Below are positions 55,057-63,727 of a DNA stretch of 64,000 nucleotides, piece by piece. The notes beneath the pieces were generated by a model. It searched no databases. It saw only the letters and a list, made by a program, of their open reading frames with translations, and was not told the origin of the DNA. Source of the stretch: an uncultured Dehalococcoidia bacterium (lineage in GTDB: Bacteria; Chloroflexota; Dehalococcoidia; SHYB01); the NCBI GenBank assembly GCA_964555685.1, contig CAZKTO010000003.1:556-64555 (forward strand), written 5' to 3'. Made by a program: the position numbers and the translations under genes. Every line of letters starts with the position of its first letter. Position 1 is the stretch's first letter.

Positions 55057-56337
55057 ATGCGCCGCAACGCCCAGCCCCAGCGCCTCTCCCCCCGCGAGGC
55101 CGTGCGCGCCCTGCCGCCGCGGGGCCGTGTCCTCTTCCCGCCGGCCTGCGGCGCCACCCTCTCGCTCCTCGACGCCATCCGGGACGAGCGCGGGCGGTTC
55201 GAGGAGCTGCACCTGTACACTGGCCTCATCTTCGTCGAGCACCCGCTCCTCCAGTGCCTGGGCGAGAACCTCAAACTCACCACCTGGCACGTGGCCGGGC
55301 CCACCCAGAAGCTCGCCGACGAGGGCCGCATCGACTACCTGCCGCTGCGCCTCTCCCAGGTGCCCGCCACCTTCGCGCCCGAGGGCCCCATCCCCGCCGG
55401 CGCCGTGCTCATCCAGGTCTCGCCGCCCGACGCCCACGGCTACGTCAGCCTCGGCGTGGCCGTGAGCTGCGTCATCGACGTGGCCCGGCGCGCCCCCCTC
55501 GTCATCGCCGAGGTCAACCAGCAGACGCCCCGGACCCTCGGCAACTCCTTCCTCCATATCTCGGAGGTCGACTACCTCGTCGACGCCGACTACCCCGTCG
55601 TCCAGCACCGGCAGGCCAAGATCGGCGAGCTGGAGCGGACCATCGCCGGGCACGTCGCCGGGCTCATCCCTGACGGCGCGACGATCCAGATGGGTATCGG
55701 CGCCATCCCCGAGGCCCTGATGTTCCTGCTCGATGACAAGCGGGACCTGGGCGTCCACTCCGGGATGATCTCGGACGGCTTCGTCCCGCTCATCGAGAAG
55801 GGGGTCATCACGGGCGCCCGCAAGTCTATCGACCGGCACAAGGTCGTCACGGGCGAGGTCATGGGCGGGCCCGACCTCTACCGGTTCGTTCACGATAACC
55901 CGCTCATCCACTGCGACTCGGTGGCCTACACGCACAACCCGATGGTGGTCCGGCAGCTCGATAATTTCGTCTCCATCAACTCGGCGGTGGAGATCGATCT
56001 GGCGGGCCAGGTGAACTCGGAGACGGTGGGCGGGCGGCAGATCAGCGGGCTGGGCGGCCAGTTCGACTTCATCGAGGGGGTGCTGCACTCGAAGAGCGGC
56101 CTCTCGGTCTTCGCCATGCCCTCGACGGCGGCCCAGGGGAAGCTCTCGCGCATCGTGGCGCGCCTCTCGCCGGGCGCCGCCGTCAGCACACCGCGCTACT
56201 GCACGGACGTGGTGGTGACCGAGTACGGCGTGGCGTCGCTCAAGGGCAAGACGATGCGCCAGCGGGCCGAGGCGCTCATCGCCATCGCCCACCCCAGCTT
56301 CCGCAGCGAGATCGAGCGGTCGCTCGCCAGGCCGTGA
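55057..56337 (+). CDS. acetyl-CoA hydrolase/transferase family protein (4-hydroxybutyrate / succinyl CoA-transferase-like)
   Basis: It contains QMGIGAIPEAL, INSAVEIDLAGQVNSE and SGLGGQFDF. Confidence 0.85.
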   Translation: MRRNAQPQRLSPREAVRALPPRGRVLFPPACGATLSLLDAIRDERGRFEELHLYTGLIFVEHPLLQCLGENLKLTTWHVAGPTQKLADEGRIDYLPLRLSQVPATFAPEGPIPAGAVLIQVSPPDAHGYVSLGVAVSCVIDVARRAPLVIAEVNQQTPRTLGNSFLHISEVDYLVDADYPVVQHRQAKIGELERTIAGHVAGLIPDGATIQMGIGAIPEALMFLLDDKRDLGVHSGMISDGFVPLIEKGVITGARKSIDRHKVVTGEVMGGPDLYRFVHDNPLIHCDSVAYTHNPMVVRQLDNFVSINSAVEIDLAGQVNSETVGGRQISGLGGQFDFIEGVLHSKSGLSVFAMPSTAAQGKLSRIVARLSPGAAVSTPRYCTDVVVTEYGVASLKGKTMRQRAEALIAIAHPSFRSEIERSLARP

Positions 56338-56427
56338 CGACCCGTCCCTTCCCTCTACCATGGGGGACGGCAGGTAATTACAGAGCCGAGCATTGAGATC
56401 TAAACCAGGGTGCCGGAGAGCCCCGGA

Positions 56428-56643
56428 CCTAACCCCCTGGCCCCCTTCCCTAAAGAGGAAGGGGGTATCGTCCCTCTCCCTTCAGGAGAGGGACAGGAGG
56501 GAGAGGTCCAGAGCGCCAGGTCGTTTAGGAACTTATGCATTCATCTGTAGCGCGATAGATTGGAGGAGGGCATCACCCCCACTCCAACGCTCCCCCATCA
56601 AGGGGAGCGAGGCATGAATCCCTTCCCCCTGGCAGGGGGAAGG
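56428..56643. repeat. cluster of REP-like hairpins (composite element plus two further hairpins)
   Basis: 56428-56508 is an inverted copy of 7234-7362. Further hairpins lie at 56589-56608 (gctcccc/ggggagc) and 56621-56643 (ccttccccc/gggggaagg). Confidence 0.65.
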
Positions 56644-56679
56644 CCAGGATGGGGGGCCTCCCTCCGCAAGGACCACGCC

Positions 56680-59145
56680 ATGGCCAGCTCCACGCCAGTC
56701 CCTGGAGCGCTCGCCCCTTACCGCGTCCTCGAGTTCGCCAGCCGGCGCGCCGCCTACTGCGGCAAGCTGCTGGCGGGCCTGGGCGCCGACGTCGTCCTCA
56801 TCGAGCCGTACCCCGACTCGTCGGGGTACCCGGGCGACGCCAGCCGCATGACGCCGCCCTTCGCCGGCGGCCTGCCCGGGCCAGAGCGCAGCCTCTTCTT
56901 CGCCTACATGAACGCCGGCAAGCGCGGCGTGACCCTCGACCTGCGCACCGATGCGGGGCAGCGCCGGCTCCTGGCCCTCGCCCGCGACGCCGACGCCGTC
57001 GTCGACCCCTTCGATCCCGGCTACCTGGACGGCCTGGGCGTGGGCTACGCTGCCCTTTCAAGAGAGAACCCGGGGCTCGTGCTGACGTCCGTAACGGGCT
57101 TCGGACAGACGGGCCCGCACCGCAACCTCAAGACGAGCGACATCGTCGCCTACGCCATGGGCGGGCTCATGTCTCTGAACGGCTACGCCGAGACGCCGCC
57201 GCTGGAGCCCGCCGGCGAGCCCGCCCATATCCTCGGCGGCCTGAACGCCGCCTGCGCCACCGCCATGGCCCTCTACGACCGGGCGTTCACCGGCCGCGGG
57301 CGGCACGTGGACATCTCGCTCCAGGAGTCCGTCGTCCAGCTCACCAACTGGACGGGCGTGGGCGTCTACCTCTATGACAAGCAGCTGCGGACGCGGGCGT
57401 CGGTCCCGCCGGGCTCGACGCCCATCGGCAACTTCCCCTGCCAGGACGGCTACATCTCGATCCAGATCGCGCGGCCGGCCCACTGGGAGACGCTGGCGGC
57501 GTGGATGGCCGAGGCGGCGGGCATCCAGGAGGCGCTGGACCCGGCGCTCCGCGGGCCGGCCATGCGCCGCCTGGCGAAGGTCGAGGCCATCAACGGCTGG
57601 ATGCGCAGCCTGTGCGGCCGCTACACCAAGCGCCAGTTCGTCGAGGAGGCGCAGCGCAGGCGCCTGCCCGCCGCGCCGGTATCCGACCCAAAGGACCTGG
57701 CCACCGACCCGCAGCTCGAGTCCCGCCGGTACTGGACGCAGAGCGAGGTCGCCGGGAGGCCCGTCCAGACGCCGGGAGCGCCCTTCCGCATGTCGCGCAC
57801 GCCGTGGCGGGCTGGACAGCGAGCCCCGCGGGCCGGGGAGGACGACTCCGGACTCGCTCCGAGAGGGGTCCCGGGCGGCGCGGGGTCCCGGCCCGCGCAC
57901 GGGCGCCCATACGCCTTCGCGGGCGTCCGCGTCGTCGAGCTCTCGACGGGTATCGGCGGGCCCTACCTGGCGCGCATCCTGGCGCACCACGGCGCCGAGG
58001 TCATCAAGGTCGAGACGACGGCCCGGCCCGAGAACATCCGGATGTTCGTGCCCTCCTACGACCCCAAGACCCCGCCCATGACGGACATGCACCCGGGCCT
58101 GCACGAGTGGCACGCGGGCAAGCTGCACCTGGGGCTGGACCTGGGCAAGCCCGATGGGCCGGGCGTGCTGCGGCGGCTCCTCGCCGTGAGCGACGCGCTC
58201 CTCATCAACTACAGCGCCGGCGCCGTCGAGAAGATGGGCCTCTCGCCCGAGGCGGTGCGCGCCGTGAACCCAAACCTCATCTGGCTGGGGATGTTCGGCT
58301 ACGGCGACTCGGGCCCCTACCGCGACTACTTGGCGTGGGGCCCCCAAATCGAGGCGACGGCCGGCATCGCACACCTCACGGCCGTGCCCGGCGGGCTGCC
58401 CTCCCGCGGCGTCTTCTATCCGGACTACATCGCGGCCTTCTGCGGGCTGCTCGCCCTCGCGGCGGCCCTCGATCACCGGGCCCGCACCGGCCAGGCCCAG
58501 GCCATCGACCTCTCCATGCTGGAGGCAACCGTCTCGACCATGGGGCCCATCGTCCTGGACCAGACGGTGAACGGACGGACGCAGCAGCCCCTGGGAAACC
58601 GGTCGCTGGACGCCGCGCCCCACGGCTGCTACCCCTGCGCGGGATACCCCGACTTGTCGGGTCCGGACCGCTGGATCGCCATCGCCGTCGAGTCGGACGA
58701 GCAGTGGCGGGCCCTCTGCCGCGCCATGGGCCAGCCGGCCTTGGCGGACGACGGGCGCTTCCGCGACCTGGCCTCGCGGCTCACGAACCGGGACGCCCTC
58801 GACGCCGCCGTCGCGGCATGGACGAAGGCCCGGGCCCCGCGGGACGCCATGGATACTCTTCAGCAGGCGGGCGTTCCGGCGGGCGTGGTGCAGACGGTGG
58901 CCGATCTCGTCGAGCGGGACGAGCACCTGAAGTCCCGCGGCTACCTTATGGAGATGGAGCACCCGAAGCGCGGCCACGTCTACGGCACCGGCCTGGCCAT
59001 CCGCCTGGGCGAGCCGCCGAAGAGCGCCCGCCGGACCGGCGTGAACGTGGGCCACGATAACGCCTATCTTCTCGCCGAGGTCCTGGCCCTGCCCGCCGGC
59101 GAGATCGGGCGGCTCGAGGCCGCGGGGGTCGTCGAGCGGCAGTAG
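56680..59145 (+). CDS. fused tandem family III CoA-transferase (two CaiB/BaiF modules, 821 aa)
   Basis: The start is the internal ATG at 56680. Module 1 contains YRVLEFASRRAAYCGKLLAGLGADVVLIE and GFGQTGPH. Module 2, from about aa 415, contains FAGVRVVELSTGIGGPYLARILAHHGAEVIKVE. Confidence 0.85.
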   Translation: MASSTPVPGALAPYRVLEFASRRAAYCGKLLAGLGADVVLIEPYPDSSGYPGDASRMTPPFAGGLPGPERSLFFAYMNAGKRGVTLDLRTDAGQRRLLALARDADAVVDPFDPGYLDGLGVGYAALSRENPGLVLTSVTGFGQTGPHRNLKTSDIVAYAMGGLMSLNGYAETPPLEPAGEPAHILGGLNAACATAMALYDRAFTGRGRHVDISLQESVVQLTNWTGVGVYLYDKQLRTRASVPPGSTPIGNFPCQDGYISIQIARPAHWETLAAWMAEAAGIQEALDPALRGPAMRRLAKVEAINGWMRSLCGRYTKRQFVEEAQRRRLPAAPVSDPKDLATDPQLESRRYWTQSEVAGRPVQTPGAPFRMSRTPWRAGQRAPRAGEDDSGLAPRGVPGGAGSRPAHGRPYAFAGVRVVELSTGIGGPYLARILAHHGAEVIKVETTARPENIRMFVPSYDPKTPPMTDMHPGLHEWHAGKLHLGLDLGKPDGPGVLRRLLAVSDALLINYSAGAVEKMGLSPEAVRAVNPNLIWLGMFGYGDSGPYRDYLAWGPQIEATAGIAHLTAVPGGLPSRGVFYPDYIAAFCGLLALAAALDHRARTGQAQAIDLSMLEATVSTMGPIVLDQTVNGRTQQPLGNRSLDAAPHGCYPCAGYPDLSGPDRWIAIAVESDEQWRALCRAMGQPALADDGRFRDLASRLTNRDALDAAVAAWTKARAPRDAMDTLQQAGVPAGVVQTVADLVERDEHLKSRGYLMEMEHPKRGHVYGTGLAIRLGEPPKSARRTGVNVGHDNAYLLAEVLALPAGEIGRLEAAGVVERQ

Positions 59146-59162
59146 CAGCATGAGGCGCTGGC
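59133..59162 (+). repeat. 30-bp perfect direct repeat, left copy
   Basis: cgagcggcagtagcagcatgaggcgctggc is identical to 59713-59742. This copy contains the CoA-transferase stop codon. Confidence 0.9.
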
Positions 59163-59233
59163 GTTGTCTGGACCGGACAGCGATCGCTGGTATGATGCGC
59201 GCGTGGGGTATGATGACCTCAAGGGGGTCAGCC

Positions 59234-59446
59234 GTGGATCAAACTGAGATCATCTTCGCCGTCGCCGAGTCGCCAGAGGGCGGTTACGAGGCTCGTGCCC
59301 TGGGTCACTCCATCTACACCCAAGCCGAGACCTTTGACGAACTGAAGGAAATGGTGAGGGACGCCGTGCGCTGCCACTTCAACGAGGGCACGGGACCGCG
59401 GGTCATCAGGCTGCACTTGGTAAAGGAAGAGGTCATCCCTGCTTGA
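59234..59446 (+). CDS. hicB: HicB-like antitoxin (UPF0150 fold, no obvious DNA-binding domain)
   Basis: The start is the GTG at 59234 (AAGGGGG Shine-Dalgarno). The product starts VDQTEIIFAVAESPEGGYEARALGHSIYTQAETFDELKEMVRDAV. Confidence 0.7.
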   Translation: MDQTEIIFAVAESPEGGYEARALGHSIYTQAETFDELKEMVRDAVRCHFNEGTGPRVIRLHLVKEEVIPA

Positions 59447-59691
59447 GGCTTCCGCGGGACGTAGCCGGAGCCGATCTGGCGGGGCGTCTCCGTCGCTTCG
59501 GGTATGCGATCACACGGCAGACGGGAAGCCACCTGCGGCTAACGTCGGCAGCGAGGGGAGCCGAGCACCACATCTCGATCCCGCTTCATAGGCCGCTCAA
59601 GGTCGGCACGCTCAGCGCCATCATCTCCGACGTCGCCTCCTACCTCGAGTTGGAGCGGGATACCCTGGTGGACGACCTGTTCAAAAGGTGA
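59443..59691 (+). CDS. hicA: HicA-family mRNA-interferase toxin
   Basis: The TTG start overlaps the hicB stop. It contains FGYAITRQTGSHLRLTS...HHISIPLHRPLKVGTL. Confidence 0.7.
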   Translation: MRLPRDVAGADLAGRLRRFGYAITRQTGSHLRLTSAARGAEHHISIPLHRPLKVGTLSAIISDVASYLELERDTLVDDLFKR

Positions 59692-59712
59692 GGTCGAGCC
59701 CGGCGGCGAGAG

Positions 59713-59742
59713 CGAGCGGCAGTAGCAGCATGAGGCGCTGGC
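59713..59742 (+). repeat. 30-bp perfect direct repeat, right copy
   Basis: It is identical to 59133-59162. Confidence 0.9.
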
Positions 59743-59771
59743 CCGCGCAAGTCCCTGGCAGGAGGCTCATC

Positions 59772-60542
59772 ATGGCCCGCTTCGAAGAGTACGCCAACAA
59801 GTACCCCGACATCCGCATGGAGCGCCGCGACGGCATCCTTCAGATCACCTTCCACACGGACGGCGGCTCGCTCAAGTGGAGCCCCCGCGTCCACCGGGGC
59901 CTCGGCGACGCCTTCGCCGACATCGCCGCCGATCGTGAGAACCGCGTGCTCATCATGACCGGCGCCGGCGACGACTTCCTCACCCAGTCCGTCTACCCGG
60001 GCCGCCAGATGCTGCCCCGCGACTGGGACGGGATCTACTGGGAAGGGAAGCGCCTCCTCACCAACCTCCTGGAGATCGACGCGCTCATCATCGGCGCCGT
60101 CAACGGGCCCGCCACCATCCACGCCGAGATCCCCGTGCTCTCCGACATCGTGCTCGCCGCCGAGGGAGCCGTCTTCCAGGATGCCATCCACTTCCCTGGC
60201 GGCGCCGTCCCCGGCGACGGCGTCCACGTCGTCTGGCCGCTGCTCCTGGGCGCCAACCGGGGCCGCTACTTCTTGCTGACCGGGCAGAAGCTGACGGCCC
60301 GGGAGGCCCTCGCCCTCGGCGTCGTGAGCGAGGTCCTGCCCCGCGACCGGCTGCTCCCGCGGGCCTGGGAGCTGGCCGAGCAGGTCGCCGCTAAGCCAAC
60401 GCTGACGCTGCGCTACACCCGCATCTGCTTCACGCTGCACCTGAAACGCATGATGCAGGATATGCTGGGCTACGGCATCGCCCTCGAGGGGCTCGGCGTG
60501 CTGGACGCCCGAGGACCGGGCGGGCAGCAGACGCAGGCGTAG
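59772..60542 (+). CDS. enoyl-CoA hydratase/isomerase (crotonase) family protein
   Basis: The start is the internal ATG at 59772 (GGAGG Shine-Dalgarno). It contains VLIMTGAGDDF and IGAVNGPA. Confidence 0.85.
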   Translation: MARFEEYANKYPDIRMERRDGILQITFHTDGGSLKWSPRVHRGLGDAFADIAADRENRVLIMTGAGDDFLTQSVYPGRQMLPRDWDGIYWEGKRLLTNLLEIDALIIGAVNGPATIHAEIPVLSDIVLAAEGAVFQDAIHFPGGAVPGDGVHVVWPLLLGANRGRYFLLTGQKLTAREALALGVVSEVLPRDRLLPRAWELAEQVAAKPTLTLRYTRICFTLHLKRMMQDMLGYGIALEGLGVLDARGPGGQQTQA

Positions 60543-60582
60543 CGAGGAAAGGTCCAAGGCCCTGCACGGGAAGGGGACGGCA

Positions 60583-61427
60583 GTGAGCGACAAGACCAGC
60601 TCCGTTCGGCGCCTGGAACGCTTTTACGGCGAGATGACCTCTGTGGATGCCGTCCTGCGGGGCCTGGGGAAGGACGGCGCTTCGGGCAAGGTCGCCGCCG
60701 CCGACCTGTACACCCGCTCCCTGGACGTCCAGAATCTGGGCGGCTTCGAGATGCTGGAGCGAACCGCCGCGCTGGCGGCCGAAAGTGCGGCGCTGGATGG
60801 CACGAGCCAGGTGCTGGACGTCGGGTGTGGCGTGGGCGGGCCAGGTCGCTATCTGGCCGACCGCTTCGGGTGCACCGTCACCGGGATCGACCTGCTACCG
60901 GAGCGCATCCAGGTCGCCGCGGCCCTCACCAAGATGGTGGGCCTCACCAAGCGGGTAGCCTACCGCCAGGCCGACGCCACGGACCTGCCCTTCTCCGACG
61001 CGGCCTTCGACCAGGCATGGATGCTGGACGCCAGCGTTCACGTGGCGGACAAGGGCGCTCTGTTTCGCCAGTTGGCGCGGGTCCTGAAGCCGCAGGGGCT
61101 CCTGGTGATGCATGACCACATTGGCCCGTTGCCCCCGGCCATGCGGCCGGTTACCCGCCGCGCGCCGTACATCGCGCCGTCGTTGCCGCAGATGCTGCGC
61201 TACATCGAGAGGGGGTCGGCTTTCGGCTCCTTCTCTGGCGCGACACGACCCAAAGCGTACGCGAGTGGTTCGAGGCGCGGCGACCAGGGCTGCCCAAGCC
61301 GCCCGAGGACGCCACGCGCGCCGACCTCCGGCGCCACCAGCGGAGGCTCGCCTCTTTCACGGCCTACACTGCGGCTCTCGAGCAGGGGATGCGCACAGGT
61401 ATCCTGATCGCGAGCCGGATGGCGTAG
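60583..61427 (+). pseudogene. class I SAM-dependent methyltransferase with a 1-nt frameshift in a G5 run (or a sequencing error)
   Basis: It contains LDVGCGVGGPGRYLA. After 61215 the annotated frame becomes Ser/Arg/Pro-rich. The frame one G later reads GVGFRLLLWRDTTQSVREWFEARRPGLP...ILIASRMA* and ends at 61427. Confidence 0.6.
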
Positions 61428-61668
61428 GGGCGACCGGATCGCCGCCCGTCCCCCAAGGCTCGGGGCTCTTTGCAGCGGCCAACTCTTCCCCAGACAAGCT
61501 GACTACGCAACATCTGCCCGACTCCCGGCGTTCTCATTCTTGCCTCTTGCCTAAGGTTAGCCTGTGCTCCAGGGGGTCAGCGGGCAAGGGCGAAGGTCGC
61601 CGAAAAAGTTTTGCCTTTTATCCAACATGTGGACCTCTTGGCAGGTTCAGGTATGCCGCCGGTCCTCG

Positions 61669-61697
61669 TTGACAGAGGCCCCGGGCGTACCTAGACT
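61669..61697 (+). promoter_or_regulatory. candidate promoter TTGACA-N17-TAGACT
   Basis: It lies 28 nt upstream of the ATG at 61725. A GGGAGG Shine-Dalgarno follows. Confidence 0.45.
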
Positions 61698-61724
61698 CGG
61701 CGCAGCAAACCAGGGAGGCGCATC

Positions 61725-62633
61725 ATGGGCGTGCTCGATGGCAAGGCGGCGGTCGTCACGGGCGGCGCGGGGCTGCTCGGCTCCGAGTTCAGCAAGGCGC
61801 TGGCGGCCGAGGGCGCCCGCGTGGTGATCAACGATACGAACGCCGACGCCGCCCACGCCCTCGCCAAGTCCATCGCCGCCACCGGAGGCAAGGCGACGGC
61901 CTTCGTCGAGTCGGTGGACTCCTTCGAGCGGGCGGGCCGCATCATCCAGGCCTGCCTCGACCGCTACGGCCGCATCGATACGCTGGTCAACTGCGCCCAC
62001 CGGACGCTGACGAAGCCCATCTGGGAGCTCTCGCAGGAGGAGCTGGAGACGACCCTGCGCGTGCATCTCGTGGGGCACTTCGGGTGCGCGCGCCACGCCG
62101 CCGCGGCGATGAAGAAGCAGGGCAGCGGCAGCATCATCACCATGACCTCGCGGGCGCTGAACGGGCACGCGGGCCTCTCGACGTACGCGGCGGCCAAGGG
62201 CGGCATCATGTCCGCCACGCTGAGCTGGGCCCTCGAGCTGGCGCCCTACGGCGTCCGCGTCAACGCCGTCAACCCGGCGGCAGTGCGGCCGGGCGATGGC
62301 CCGCCGGTCCGGCACATGCAGTGGTTCTGGGACTTCACCATCGAGCGGATGAGCTGGTACGCGCCCGTGCCGGGCCCGGCGACCGTCGCCCCCCTGGTCG
62401 TCTATCTCGCCAGCGACGCCGCGAAGAGCGTGACGGGCCAGGTGATCTTCCTCTCGGGCGACACGCTGGCGCTCCTGCGGCACCCGCGGGAGGAGCGCTT
62501 CGCCTTCAAGCCCGACGGCTGGACCTTCGATGACCTCCAGCGCTACTTCCGCGAGACCGTCGGCGCGGCGCTGGAGATGCCCGGCATGGGCGTCCCGCAC
62601 TACAAGTGGTACGACGGGGTGGGGAAGGGCTAA
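61725..62633 (+). CDS. short-chain dehydrogenase/reductase
   Basis: It contains VVTGGAGLLG and YAAAKGG. The product is 302 aa. Confidence 0.88.
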   Translation: MGVLDGKAAVVTGGAGLLGSEFSKALAAEGARVVINDTNADAAHALAKSIAATGGKATAFVESVDSFERAGRIIQACLDRYGRIDTLVNCAHRTLTKPIWELSQEELETTLRVHLVGHFGCARHAAAAMKKQGSGSIITMTSRALNGHAGLSTYAAAKGGIMSATLSWALELAPYGVRVNAVNPAAVRPGDGPPVRHMQWFWDFTIERMSWYAPVPGPATVAPLVVYLASDAAKSVTGQVIFLSGDTLALLRHPREERFAFKPDGWTFDDLQRYFRETVGAALEMPGMGVPHYKWYDGVGKG

Positions 62634-62651
62634 GCGGCCTCCCGCCACACG

Positions 62652-63605
62652 TCATCGCGAGGCCCCGACGCGTCGGGCGCCGGGTGGGTGAACACGCGCC
62701 GCCTCGATCTCCAGGCTGATGTCCAGCGCCCGGGCCGAGTGGGTCAGCGCGCCCACGGAAATGAAGTCCACGCCCGTCTCGGCGATCTGGCGCACGCGCC
62801 CCAGGGTCACGCCGCCGGAGGCCTCGGTCTTGCACCGGCCTTTGGCCAATCGCACCGCCTGGCGCATCTCGTCGAGGCCCATGTTGTCCAGCAGGATCAC
62901 GCCGGGGCCAGCGCCGATGGCCTCTCGCGCCTCCTCGGCCGTCGTCACCTCGATCTCGATGATCATGCCAGCCGGGGCCTTCGCCCGCGCCCGCCGGACG
63001 ATTTCGGCCAGCGACAACCCCCGCGCCCGGAGCACGGCGATGTGGTTGTCCTTGATGAGCACGGCGTCGCTGAGACCCATGCGATGGTTGCGCCCGCCGC
63101 CCGTGGCGACGGCGTACCTCTCCAGGCGGCGCAGGCCGGGCGTCGTCTTCCGCGTGTCGAGGATCTGGGCCTTCGTCCCCTGGACCGCGCGCACGTAGCG
63201 GGCCGTGAGCGTCGCGATGCCGCTCATCCGCTGGAGGAAGTTCAGGGCCGCCCGCTCGCCGGCGAGGAGCGCGGCGAGGCTGCCATCCACCGTCGCGATG
63301 CGCTGGCCCCGGCGGACGCGCTGGCCGTCGGACGCGAGCGACGTGAACCGGACCGGGGCGCCGGCCTCGCGGAAGACGGCCTGGGCCACAGGCAGGCCGG
63401 CCAGCACCCCCGGCGCCTTGACGAGGATGTGGCCCCGGCCCCGGAGACCTGGGTCGATGAGGGCCCGCGTCGTCACGTCCTCGCGGGCGCCGTCCTCGTC
63501 CAGGGCCCGCCGCACGAGCTCGTCCACACCGGCCAGGAGGCGCGCCGCCGCAGCGTCCTCGCTCGTACGCGAGTTGGCCAGACCGGGCGACCGTGTTCTA
63601 GACAT
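62652..63605 (-). CDS. nadC: nicotinate-nucleotide diphosphorylase (quinolinate phosphoribosyltransferase)
   Basis: The start is the internal ATG at 63605. It contains ILDTRKTTPGLR, GGGRNHRMGL and IKDNHI. Confidence 0.9.
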   Translation of the reverse strand: MSRTRSPGLANSRTSEDAAAARLLAGVDELVRRALDEDGAREDVTTRALIDPGLRGRGHILVKAPGVLAGLPVAQAVFREAGAPVRFTSLASDGQRVRRGQRIATVDGSLAALLAGERAALNFLQRMSGIATLTARYVRAVQGTKAQILDTRKTTPGLRRLERYAVATGGGRNHRMGLSDAVLIKDNHIAVLRARGLSLAEIVRRARAKAPAGMIIEIEVTTAEEAREAIGAGPGVILLDNMGLDEMRQAVRLAKGRCKTEASGGVTLGRVRQIAETGVDFISVGALTHSARALDISLEIEAARVHPPGARRVGASR

Positions 63606-63727
63606 GAGACCGCATCGCCTCCAAAGGACAAGGGTACCCTGGGCGGAACCATGACAACAAGATAGAGGTACGGCGCGCCGTGCCCCTGCCCATGGCGCCC
63701 GTCTCACCGCTCGCGGGCCCCGTGCGG

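Larger units (their letters stand above)
59163..59742 (+). mobile_element. 580-bp hicBA insertion unit (includes the right repeat copy)
   Basis: It is bracketed by the 30-bp direct repeat. Removing one unit would join the CoA-transferase stop directly to the crotonase leader. Confidence 0.45.

Noticed and set aside
56340-56680. Possible CRISPR array, or a CRISPR-like origin for the repeated palindromes.
   Set aside because: The repeats are heterogeneous hairpins, not regularly spaced identical direct repeats with unique spacers. Copies are dispersed singly across the window, and no cas genes are present.
61538-61551. Tandem heptamer tcttgcc x2 and a lower-GC patch (about 61480-61660) upstream of the SDR gene as a regulatory or ncRNA element.
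   Set aside because: There are only two short units, with no convincing flanking structure or terminator. A good promoter lies further downstream at 61669-97. The evidence is insufficient.
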